Shown in pieces: positions 50,463 through 62,178 of a stretch of 64,000 nucleotides of DNA (within the stretch, counting starts at the first letter, position 1; the number at the start of each line of letters is the position of its first letter). The notes beneath the pieces are model-generated. The model saw nothing but the letters and a program-made list of their open reading frames with translations, was not told the origin of the DNA and did not search any database. Source of the stretch: Hypanus sabinus. Lineage: Eukaryota. Where the stretch lies: assembly GCF_030144855.1 (NCBI RefSeq), contig NC_082707.1, forward strand, positions 185,504,001-185,568,000, read 5' to 3'. The translations under genes were made by a program, and so were the position numbers.

Positions 50463-51588
50463 CAGAATTGGGAATGGTAGCTTCCTTTGCTGAAAGAGTT
50501 CCATTATCCTGTGAATAGAGAAAACAGAAGGTACTTGAAAAACTCAGAAGTAAGGCACAAATTGATAATGTTTCATCTCAGGGCCCTTGATAATGCTCTG
50601 TACTTCAGACTAAAGTAGCAAATATGAACTTGTGAGCATTCTAATCTCTTAGAATATAGTAATGGGTCCAACTCCAGAGATCCTGTGCAGTGGCCTAGCA
50701 ACTTTATACACTGCCCAAAGAATGCATTTTGGATTGAGTTAGACCAGACCTGTTTATTTGGAAATAACAGATTTCATGACACTATTACAAGGGCCATAAA
50801 TGTGTGTATCCTGGTTGGCACAGGGCTCTAATACGGTCATGAAACCACATTAAATAGTCAACATAATGATCTGCAAATTGGCCCCTGCATTTGTCTGCAT
50901 AACAGCAATTATTAATTAATTAGCTGCAATGCTCTGGTGTTACATAATCCAAGATAATTTGTTTTTAAATTAGTAGATTAAACATAAAATATCAATTAGC
51001 TATATAATGATTTGAATCAACTTTATGATCAAAGTATATAAATGTTGCCATATATTACCTAGAGATTCATTTTCTTGTGGGCATTCATGCATTATGAAAA
51101 AGCTATACATAACAAAGACCAACAAACAATTAATGTGCAAAAGGAAACACGTCATGCAAACTATTAAATAAATAGATAAATAAGTACTGAGGACATGAGT
51201 TGTGAAGTCCTGGAAAGTGAGTCTCTTGCTTGTGGAATCAGTTTAGTACTGAGGTGAGTGAAGTTATCCAGACTAGTTCAGAAGTGTTCAGTGATTTTTT
51301 TTGGTAATGTAGCAACTTTAACTGACTTCAGCCGCTCATCTTCAGATTTGAATATGAATTGTGATTCGGTCTAAAATGGAGCTCTGAACAATGGGTTCCT
51401 GAGAACCACAAATCAAGTTAATTGGAAAAACAGACAATGCTGATTTAATTTTGTTACTTGTGTGTATTTGGGTGTGAGTAACATAGGTGTGAGCAGGGTG
51501 GTGTGATGGTGGGTAGATTCAGGCATTTGAAACTCTTAGATGTAGTTCAAATGCAGCATTGTAAATATGGGATTGTCCTTGGACTTTA

Positions 51589-51663
51589 GCCTCTCCCTCT
51601 CCCTCTCCCTCTCCCCCTCCCCTTCTCTCCCTCTCTCCCTCTCTCCCTCCCTCCCTCCCCTCC
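51589..51663. repeat. (CTCTCC)n polypyrimidine repeat
   Basis: Direct reading. Confidence 0.9.
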
Positions 51664-51829
51664 AAAGGCTGTCAGCTTATTGGTGATATTTTGTCAAAGA
51701 AAGAGACTGCTTCATATCCATAGCACTTCTCTCCAGTAACTTTGTTCACACAACAAGGAGCTTGGTGATATGGGACCTGTGGTGCCGGTCTACATTTACT
51801 GCAATAGGCTCTTACCTCTACTCATTTCC

Positions 51830-52990
51830 CATACAAATACCTGCCTCTTTAAAGATTGTTACTGTATCGGCCTCCACTCTTCCCCTTGGTAGCTCATTCC
51901 AAATATTCACCATCCTCTGTATGGAAAACCTACTACCCAGATCTCCTTTAAAGTATATACCTGAGACCTCTGTCCTTGGGTTCTTGACACCTCCTCCCTT
52001 TGGAAATGGATTCTGACCATCTTTCCTGTCTGTGCCCCTCATTGTTTTGTAAACCTCTGTAAGGTCATCCCTCAGTCTCCTATTCAGCAGTGAGAATAAA
52101 CCCAGCTTATCCAAAAAGCTTATCAAAATCATTGGTATGATTTGTTAGTTTATTTTGTGTAGGGTTTGATGTTCTTGCCGTTGCACGATTTGTCTTTCTG
52201 CTTGGGGGGTGGGGGGGGTTATTTGATGTTCTTGTTGCCCTTTGCGTTATTTTTTTCATGTGGTTGGTTGATAATTGTGGTGCCGTTTGTGAGGATTTAT
52301 TTGTGCGGGGGGTGGCGGTTGATGTTTTTTTCTGAACAACTTTTGTGTCTTCTTTGTTTCATGGCTATCTGCAGAAGAAGAATCTCAAGAGTTGTATACT
52401 GCACACCTACTTTGATAATAAATAAACCTTTCATTATTATAGTTCTCCATTCCAGCCAACATCCCAGTGAATGTCGTCTGCACCCTCTGTATTGCCTTGA
52501 CATGCTTTCTGCGTTTTATTGAGCAGAACTACGCACAATGCTATTTGTATGCAGACAGACCAATCTCTTGTACAAGTAGAGCTCTGTCGTTAGGGAACTC
52601 TGCAGTCGTGATGGCTTCAGACTTCCCATTGTTTAGAGTCATGAAGAGCTTTGGCACAGAAGCAGGCCTTCAACTAATCTAGTCTGTGTCGGACTATTAT
52701 TTTACCTAGTCTCATCGACCCCCACCTGGAACATTCCTTCATACCCCTTCCACCCAGGTACTTATTCAAACTTCTCTTAAATGTTGAAATTGGATCTACA
52801 TCCACCACTTCCATGCATGTGGCAGCTCGTTCCACACTCCACCACCCTTTACACTGCAACATGATGCCCCAGTTCTCATGTACTCAGTGCTTCAGCTTGT
52901 GAAGGCATGTATACCAAATGCTCTTTTCCCCACCCTATCCATCTGTGTTGCTATTTTCAGGGAACTATGGATCTATTTCCAAGGTCTCTC
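51830..52990 (-). mobile_element. CR1 fragments with an intervening REX-type tail
   Basis: LDKLGLFSL..RRLRDDLTEVYKTM..QRMVNIWNELP. Confidence 0.8.
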
Positions 52991-53642
52991 CATATGTCAA
53001 AGCTCCCATCATAGGGAGCATCTTCACATAAGCCATCACTGTCTGTTTGGTGCAGCATCCTCCCACGGTATGTGGAAATGACAGGTCAGCAGAAAATGTC
53101 TTTGGCTATAGTCTACCATCCACGGCAAAGAAAATGGCAGGAAAATTCATTGCAGACACTACCCACCTAGCAAACTACTTGTTTGCTAAAGCTCCCTTCT
53201 GGAAAGCACTACAGGGCTATAACACAAAAACAATGCCATTTTAAAGTTTCTTTCTCAGGTAGTTAATCTGATCAATCATTCTAGTTACCCATCCCCCCAC
53301 CCACCATCCTCTATCCACTACCTCAGTCGCTGTAAACTACTTTTTATAATACTGATTACATTGTAAATACACACTGGTATTTATGTACATTTTATTCCAT
53401 ACCCTTACTAACTTTAACCTCTAACTTATTTTATATAATTCTTTATTTTTTATAATTGTTGCATGTCGCACCATCACACCGAAGCAAATTCATTATATAT
53501 GTGTATGTATATGGTGAATAAAGTTGATCCTTGATCCTAAGGATCTACTATTAGCTATATAGGTTATGCTCTTTAAGTTGGGGGAATTTAAAGGTGAGTG
53601 AGGGACAATTTTTTCATGCAGAGAGTGGTCGTTGCCTGGTAA

Positions 53643-54098
53643 AGGCTGATTTAAACTTCTGTATTGCATCTAAGCTGTAGGTACTGTGTACCCTACACCG
53701 TAGGGTGACGTGCACCTCTCTAGGAAAGTTACTCACGCGTTGCGGCGACGCAGACCGCAACAACTGTGTTTGGTCCCCTAGGTAGCATCGCATTTCCTCC
53801 TACGCATTTTTGGTTGCTTCTTCTCCGCCATGTCTGTAGGCTGTGCATACACCGATACAAAGTAGATGAACCGAATCATCAAATCTACCTGCCAACATGC
53901 GAAAATGTTTGAAATACATTTCCTCGTCCATGTGTCTCATGAAGTAACTCAACACAGTGGCATAGAAACCCCACTGCCAACTAGTGTTTTGGTGCACACC
54001 AACGCATGCTTGCTATGGCGTAGAGCAATGCAGAAGTGAAAATCAGGGCTACGGCATAGGCTGCAGCGTGTCCCGTGCACACAAGTATAAATCAGCCT
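53643..54098 (-). mobile_element. Non-autonomous PIF/Harbinger element
   Basis: TAA|AGGCTGATTTAAACTT...AAGTATAAATCAGCCT|TAA (TIRs, 3-bp TAA TSD); internal MDEEMYFKHFRM..RFDD is a Harbinger transposase N-terminal motif; CpG-rich; inserted in a CR1 3' end. Confidence 0.85.
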
Positions 54099-54299
54099 TA
54101 AGAGTTACCATGGAACCAGACAGTTTGGTGGAGTTTAAGGGGCTTTTACACAGATTAATAGATATGAAGGGAGTGGAGTTGTATGGATAATACATGTAAG
54201 AGTATATTTAGTATAAATTGGCATCAAGATGAGCACGTATCCGTGGGCCAAATGCTCCAAACAGTGACGTTCTATTTTATGTTCTCTTTACGTCTACCA

Positions 54300-54845
54300 G
54301 AATGTGTGCTGTTCTGGTCACCTGCCTAAAGGAAAGGTATCATTAAGATTGAAAGAGTTAAGAGAAAATTTACAAGGATCTTGCCATGTCTTGAGAACCT
54401 GAGTTATAGGGCTAGGTTGAATCGATTAGGATTTTATAGTCTAGAGTTTAGGAGAATGAGAGAAGAATTGAGAGAGGTATATTAAATTAAGATTGGTAAA
54501 AATAGGGGTACTGTAAACTCCATCAGGCTTTTTCCACTGAGGTTGGGTGAGACTAGAATTAGAGGTCATAGGTTAAAAGTAAAAGGTGAGATATTTAAGG
54601 GGAACATGAGAGGGATAGTCTTCGCTCAAAATGTAGTGCAAGGTTGAATGAGCTGCCAGCAGAAGTGGGTGGATGCAGGTTTGATCTCAACGTTCAAGTG
54701 AAGTTTGGATTAATACATGGATTAGATGGGCACAAAGGTCTAGGATCCAGGTACAGGTGATGGGGCTCGGCAGACTTATAGTTGAGCACAGACTAGGTGA
54801 GCTGAAATACCTGTTTCAGTGCTGTAGTACTCTATGACTCTAGTC
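54300..54845 (+). mobile_element. CR1 LINE 3' fragment
   Basis: Degenerate FWSP..RK.IIK.ERV, LNRLGFYSLE and 3' UTR. Confidence 0.85.
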
Positions 54846-55212
54846 AGATGCTTCTCCTGTCTTGAAGAATTTGACCTCTTTAAAAGTACCTCACACTGAT
54901 GTGGATAAAGGGGAAGAGGTATTGGAATGCAGCCTGGTCAATAAAACCTTCAGCTGCCGGTATTTGATGATGTTTCACTAATTCTTTGAAGAGAACCAGA
55001 GGCAAAAACAAACATTAGTATGAAAGAAAGGAAATGTGCAAACCTCTCAGTGGCTATTTCTCCATTATTCCTTTATAAAATACAAGCAAGTGACGTGTGT
55101 ATTCATTTGTGTAGTAATGTTTGCAAAATAAATATTAACATTTTCTGACAAATGGTACAGATCGGAAAACATAGCTATAAATATAAAATAGAACAGACCA
55201 TTTTTGCAATTG

Positions 55213-55400
55213 CAGTGCCTATAAAAAGTAATCACCCCCCTCCTGGAAGTTTTCATGTTTTATTGTTTTACAGCATTGAATCACAGTGGATTTAATTTGA
55301 TCAACAGAAAAGACTCTTCCGTGTCAAAGTGAAAACAAATTTTTACAAATTAGTCTAAATTTATTACAGTTATTAAACACAAAATAATTAATTGCATTGT
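55213..55400 (+). mobile_element. Tc1 left TIR fragment
   Basis: CAGTGCCTATAAAAAGTAATCACCCCC start and AT-rich TIR body. Confidence 0.65.
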
Positions 55401-55404
55401 TACT

Positions 55405-56445
55405 CAGTGGACTGGGCAGTGTTTGAGGACCCATCATCGAATCTGAACGAATACTCTACCGGTTCAGGACTTCACAAAAACAGTTGTGTCCCCACAGAAT
55501 CATTCAAAGCCTTCTTCAACTAGAAGACCTGGATGAACCATGAGATCCACAGTCCACTGAGTGCCAGATCAACGGCATTCAGGTCTGGTGACCAAGTAAA
55601 GTACGAGAGGTCCAGACACAATCCCCAGAACGACATCTCGTGTCTGATTTTCCTACCTTAACAACAAGTCAACAGCAGCTGTCATTTCATTAGCTCTTCA
55701 CTCAACCCTGGAATATCTGGACAGTGAAAATGCATACATCAGGATGCTCTTCATTGACATTCAATATTCTTATACTCTCAAAACTAATCAATAAGCTTCA
55801 AGACTTAGGCCTCAATATCTCCTTTTGCATTTGGATCCTGGATTTCCTCACTTGGAGACCCCAGACAGTTCGATTTGGCAACAACATCTCCACAACATCC
55901 ATCAGCACAGGTGCTCCTTATGACAAAGCCATATTTAAATTTGGTGATGACACCACTGTTGTTGGCTGAATCAAAGTTGGTGACAAATCAACACATAGGA
56001 GGGAGATTAAAAGTCTGGCTGAGTGGTGCCACAACAATAATCACTCACCCAATGTCAGCAATATCAAGGAGATACAGGAGACTCAGGACTCACACCACCA
56101 GGTTTAGTACTTGAACTAGAGGGGATAACTTCACTCGCCCCATCACTGAACTGTTCTCACAACCTATTGACTCACTTTCAAGGATCCTTCATCTCATTGG
56201 CTTGATATCTATTGTTTATTTATTTGTTATTACTAATATTATTATTATTATTTATTTTTGTATTTGCACATTTTGGTGTCTTTTGCATATTGGTTGCTTG
56301 TCCATTCTGTTGGTCTTTCATTGATTCTATCGTGTTTCTTGTATTTATTGTAAAGACCCGCAAGAAAATGAATCTCAGGGTTGTAAATGGTGATATATGT
56401 ATTTTGATAATAAATTTATCTTGGATTTGGACTTTGAACTTTGAA
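55405..56445 (+). mobile_element. Internally deleted REX1/Babar LINE
   Basis: [41 protein letters not shown]; tail AATAAA..(ACTTTGA)n. Confidence 0.85.
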
Positions 56446-56474
56446 TTACTTGGAGAAGTATCTCGTGTGTAGTG

Positions 56475-56735
56475 GAACAGAGATGAGGGATTTCTTTAGC
56501 CAGAGGATGGTGAATCTGTGGAATTCATTACCATGGACAGTTGTGGTGGCCATGTCATAGGGTATATTTAAAGCAGAGATTGATAGGTTCCTGATTAGTA
56601 AGGGCTTCAAACAATATGGGGAGAAGTCAGGAGAATAGGTTTGAGAGAGATAATAAATCAACCATGATCGAACAGTGGGGCAGATTCGATAGGCCAAATG
56701 GCTTGGCGCTGCTCCTAAGTCTTATGGTTCTTATA
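56475..56735 (+). mobile_element. CR1 3' end
   Basis: FFSQRMVNLWNSLP + 3' UTR. Confidence 0.85.
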
Positions 56736-58239
56736 TCGACACACTATTCTCAAGCAATCAGTGTTGCTACAGAAAGTGTTCAGGAACAATGAAAACTATG
56801 TGCCTTTCAAAACCTCAGGATGTCTCAAGGACGAAGAAATGCATTTTGAAGTGTATTCATTGATATAATGAGAAGAAGATTGGACTGTGAATGTAAGGAG
56901 AACTCCTTACTATAGTGCTGTGGGGACATGAACTTCTCTTGGAGAGGGTAGATCTAAATTCAATATCCAATATTATTTTTGCTCAAGAGTTTGAGCAGGA
57001 TTTTAAACTATGCCTTTGACTAATACTGAATCATAGGAATTTCTTTAGAGTGGAACAAAATGTTGAAATATCTGCATGTGAAATACAATACCCATCTCTC
57101 GCAGTTTGGTTGGACAGCATAGGAGAACTGACATGTATCAAGATAGTTAGTTGATCCATCTTATCTGTTCAACAACTGGCAGTTGTTCTAACCAGTGTTT
57201 CAGTTGTGTAGATTGAACAGATGTAGGAGTAGAAATGATCTTTTTACTAACATAACCAATTTTTAAGCATGCACATGGTTGTTTTATGGAATAGATCTGG
57301 TGAAAAGACTGTGGTACCTTTGATATCATGTCTTTAAAGTGTTGATTCACTTTGATAACTGCACAGTCAATTGGAAGCTTTATTGACTTGAATTAATGTT
57401 GTATTTCCAGTTGTAGTTTAGAGATACAAACCCTTGTTGTATTTAGCATTACTAAGATGTGTTCTGTGCCTTTGTTAAGAATTTTGCAAACTAAGTCTGT
57501 TGTTTAATGTTATATTTGAGTGTGAGATATCTTTCAGTCATAGATGCAACCCAGGTGAGGAAGATAAATGGAATAAAAAATCCATTCTCTCAAAATAGCA
57601 GAGTGGAAATAAATACTGGGAGATGGTGACGAAGAACTGGGAAGTTTTGTGCTTGTTACTGTAGCCTTTCAACAGTTGAATCTCATTCTAATTTACTTCT
57701 CTGTTACGATTGGAAAATATGTATACCACTCATCAGTAAAGATCTAGCTGTAACTATCTCAATGTGTTGACAAAAGAGAATTGCTTGTGTTGGTGTTTTG
57801 GTGCTAACAATGTAAAAATATTGCTTGTTTCAGAAAGTGCTATCAATCACAATGAAGTTGAAAGCTCAAAGGATTAGATCACATACCAGCTACACCTGTT
57901 GAAAATCTAACACAACACAGTCCTTAATGTGCATCCATTAGAAGTTCTACTTTATGGAACAGTGATGTCATCCAGAGACACAATTAGTGACACCTCTGAA
58001 TAACATGGCAACATCAATAAACATTTAGTAACCAAGTAATTATTCTCAGGCATATTGTTTGGAATTTTGTTGGCAAGGCCATTTATCAAGATAATTAGAT
58101 TGCATATACAGTAGTTCTAACCATAGGCATGCCGAATGCAGTGCTTTTCTTGTTGTTCAAGAGAGCAACTGGTTTGCAGAAATGTCTGATAGAAATCTGA
58201 CTGATTCAAACACAGCAGTTTCAGGCAGCCCCTTGTCAG

Positions 58240-58655
58240 TTTGTCCAGCCGCAAAAAAGCAGCATCCGTCATCAAAGATCCCCCACCATCCAGGCCATGC
58301 TCTCTTTTTACTGTTGCCATCAGGAAGGTGGTACAAGAGCCTCAAGTCCCACACCATCAAATTCAGGAACATTTATTACCCCACAGGCATGGATAGCTTC
58401 TCTCATCACAACTCTGAACCTACAGACTCACTTTCAAGAACTCTTTGCCATGCATGTTCTCATTATTGTTTATTTTGTTTTATTATTTGCTCGATTTGTT
58501 ATCTTTTGCACATTGCTTGTTTGTGGGTCTTTATGTAGTTTTCATAATTTTGCTGTATCTTTTATTTTCCTGTAAATGCCTGCAAGAAAATGAATTGCAG
58601 GATAGTATATGGTGACCTATATGTATTTTGATAATAAATTTACTTTGACTTTTAA
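58240..58655 (+). mobile_element. REX1/Babar 3' fragment
   Basis: HHPGHALFLLLPSGRWYKSL..TIKFRN. Confidence 0.8.
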
Positions 58656-58810
58656 TTTATTTCTCCTGTGCCTGGCCTCAACTTAGATTACTGACCCAGC
58701 TCTGTAGGTATGTTGTGTATTTCTGCCAGGGCAGGTAGTGAAGCTGTTCAGTGTTCTATTAGACCCAGTGCAACATGACACACAAGCAACAACAGAATTT
58801 GCATTATATA

Positions 58811-59330
58811 CAGCCAGTGGCCACTTTATTAGGTACACCTATTCATTAATGCAAATATCTGGCAGCAACTCAATGCATAAAAGCATGCAGACGTGGTCTT
58901 GAGGTACAGTTATTGTTCAGACCAAACATCAGAATGGGGGAGAAAAGTGATATAACTGATCTTGACTGTGGAATGATTATTGGTACCAGACAGGGTAGTT
59001 TGAGTATCTCAGAAATTGTTGATCTCTTGGGATTTTCACACACACCAGCCTCTAGAGTTTATAGAAAATGTTGTGAACAACAGGAAAAGAACATCCAGTG
59101 AGCAGCAGTTCTTTGTGCAAAAATGCCTTGTTAATGAGAGAAGTTGAAAGGAAGACAACAGTAACTGAACTAGCCAAGTGTTACAATAGTGTTGTGCAGA
59201 AGAGCATCTCTGATTGCACAACATGTCAAACCTTGAAGTGGATGGGCTACAGCAGCAGCAGATCATGAACATGCACTTAGTGGCCACTTTATTAGGTACA
59301 GAAGGTACCTATTAATATGACCACTGAGTG
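58811..59330 (+). mobile_element. Non-autonomous Tc1 derivative with three TIR copies
   Basis: TA|CAGCCAGTGGCCACTTTATTAGGTACA..GACCACTGAGTG|TA; extra TIR at 59274-59300; MGEKSDITDLDCGMIIGTR..SISEIVDLLGFSHT HTH remnant. Confidence 0.85.
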
Positions 59331-60479
59331 TATTTACTGCTGAAAAACTAATCATTCCTGAAATTTATTTTCTTGCGGGCATTCAGAGCAGCCACATAAA
59401 ATTTTAACAGCTCGTCCTAAAATCGTCATATATCTCCAGAATTGTATTTCTCACACCACACAACCACTTCTTCCCAGAAACAGCCTCCTGTCTGTGAAGT
59501 CTGGAACTCTTTCCTAGCTATTCGAGATAACTTGGTCAAAGATTACTCTTTGTCTACCTGCCACTTTTCATAGCCACCTGAATCCATTACTCAGCCACTC
59601 TCCCCCCCCATCATCTGCTGTATCAGATTCAAGATTATTTATCACGCGTACACCGAAACATACAGGGAAATGTCACTTGCGTTAGCAACCAACACACCCG
59701 AGGATGTGCTGAGGGCAAACTACATGTGCTGCCTCAGATTCTGCTGCCAGCATTACTATGCTCACTGTGCTCCACAGAACACAACAAGCAACAAAACAAC
59801 AACATCAAAATATACGGTATATGTCACCATATACTACCCGGAGATTCCTTTTCTTGCGGGCATTCACGGTAAATACACAGAAACACAATAGAATCAATGA
59901 AAAACTACACACAAAGATGGACAAACAGCCAATGTGCAAAAGAAGACCAACTGAGTAATCATAAATAATACCAATAATAGTTCTAAATAAATAATTAATA
60001 AATAATATTGCGAACGTGAGCTCTAGTGTCCTTGAAAGTGAGTCCATGGGTTGTGGAATCAGTTCACTGTTAGAGAGAGGGAAGTTTTCCACGCTGGTTC
60101 AGGAGCCTGATGGTTGTAGTGTAATAGTTATTCATGAACCCGGTGGTATGGAAAGTAAGGCTCCTGTAGCTCCTTCCCGATGGCAGCAGTGAGAAGGGAG
60201 GAAGGCCTAGGTGGTGGGGTCCTTAATGACGGATGCTGCTTTCTTGTGGCAGCACTCCTTAGGATAGAATGGAGTGCTTTTCATATACTGGACTTGGTTC
60301 CATCTAAAACCTACCACCCTCTGTCCTAACCCTCCCTTTTACTGCTCTATACTGCCAATCTTTCCTTTTCCCCCCTCAGTTCGAATTTGCAGGTTCTTCA
60401 CCTGAAATATTGACATGCACCTTATGCCTTCACAGTTGCTGCTTAACCTACTAAATTCTTCTAGCTTTCTATTTTTTTT

Positions 60480-61173
60480 AAGATTCCATCATCCAACCTG
60501 TGACAGATGTCATTCTGAAGTAGCTTCATTGACCCATATGTTTTGGTCTTGCCCTTGTTTGCAAAATTATTGGAAAGATATTTTCGGTATTATTTCAACA
60601 GTTCTGAATATCAAATTGCAACCGCATCCTAATACTGCAATTTTCCGTTTACCAATGGAGGATAATATTTGTTTATCCCCCTCAGCTCGACGGATGATTG
60701 CATTTGTTACATTAATGGCTAGAAGATCTATCCTATTGAACTGGAAAGAAATTAATCCTCCAACTATATTTCAGTGGTTTTCTCAAACTATCTCTTGTTT
60801 GAGCTTAGAAAAAATTAGAAGTGTTGTCTTTGGTTCTTCAGTTAAATTTGAAGAAACTTGGAGACCATTTATCCAACATTTTCATATCAGTTAAACTGAC
60901 TTTTCCTAAACCCTGCTACTGTTATCCTTAATTATTTGGATGGAGGTGCGGAGTTATTGAAGCTACTGTGTATATTTGACATAATGCAATGGCTCATGTT
61001 GGTTAGGTTTTTTTTTCTTTTCTTTTTTTGTTTTTTTTCCTTCTTATTTACTCCCTTTTTTCGTAATTACTATGTGTTTGGGAGGTTATTATATATGGAT
61101 TATCATCTATATGAATGTATACTTAACCTATTAATTATGTACTTTCAAACTCTCTGTATTCATGTTTCATTTA
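60480..61173 (+). mobile_element. L1/Tx1-clade LINE 3' fragment (ORF2 C-terminal CCHC + T-rich 3' UTR)
   Basis: CDRC......HMFWSC zinc knuckle, ARR.IL..WK, LEKI..F...W.PF; stop at 60894; 3' UTR interrupted by the ERV. Confidence 0.9.
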
Positions 61174-61603
61174 TGTCAGAAACACACTGAGTCTCAGCAA
61201 TTTGCAGAACGGTAAACTTTATTTTTCGAGTCTGCAGAGTCGGACCCAACCAGCTCCTGCTAGATTGAGTGCCGAATTACACTTTGCACAGTTTTTTTAT
61301 ACCCTAGTTGTTTACGACTTTGTGAGTTGCACCCATGTGAGGTGCAGACATTCTTCCTTAATCTCATTACAAAATTACAAATGTGACTACCCTTTGGCCC
61401 ACTTATCAGCCTCAGCGCATTAACACCGTTATTGTTCAACCGTTAAGCATGTCTTCCCGTTACCTGTATCGCTTCTTTAATCAGCAAGCTATTGTTTCAT
61501 CCTGATTTTGCAAATTGGTTTATACGTTGCCCTGCAAGTTGCTTTGCACGTTCTTTCTGTGTCAGCACATTCTAAATGGACTCCTTAAGAATCATTTCTC
61601 TCA
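61174..61603 (-). mobile_element. ERV 3' LTR (430 bp)
   Basis: Minus strand TGAGAGAAA...TTTCTGACA; TATAAAA at ~61295-61301; AATAAA at 61218-61223; PPT AAAAAGAAAAAGGGTGGAT at 61604-61622. Confidence 0.9.
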
Positions 61604-61633
61604 ATCCACCCTTTTTCTTTTTAGAATGTGCTA

Positions 61634-62178
61634 TCAGTTGGGCTTTTGCCACGGGTTTACATAGGCTTCTTCCTCTAGCTCTACTTCCCTTTGTAGGAGT
61701 ACCTGAACAGGATCAGCTGGGGCCCCTGGTTGCATGACTTGTCTTGCCACCCTAGCTACTAGCTCCCGCAAGCAGGGGATCAGACATGGTAGCAGAAGGA
61801 GGACCATCAATCCCCCTCCTATAACCCCTAAAGCGGTTCGCCACCAGCCTCCTGTCAACCATCCGTCCAGCCAGTCCCAATACCCCAGCGGCTTCCAGGT
61901 CTGTACCGGCACGTGGGCCAGTTTCCTTATTTTATCTGATATTTTTTGAACCACCTTTCCGTTGTCATCTATCTTTAAGCAGCAGTTGGTTAGATTAAAC
62001 TTTCCACATACTCCTCCTTTTTGTTGTAGTCATAACATTTCTCGTTAACATGCGAGTGTGATACAAAGGACCCTGGAAAAACCGTCATGCCCACCCTTAC
62101 CGTCGTCCTGCACTTATCACATCCCCCTTCAGCGCTTCTCAACAATAGCAGTATATACATTACAGTCCCAAAGTTCAT
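61634..62178 (-). pseudogene. env: ERV env, internally deleted (signal peptide + SU start joined out of frame to the TM C-terminal half); ERV3/HERV-I-like
   Basis: MNFGTVMYILLLLRSAEG signal-like start overlapping the pol stop (ATGA); TM frame 62017-61634 [35 protein letters not shown], Trp-rich region and hydrophobic anchor. Confidence 0.92.

Noticed and set aside
57530-57560. Possible micro-exon ending CCAG|GTGAGG
   Set aside because: Weak polypyrimidine tract and no independent support.
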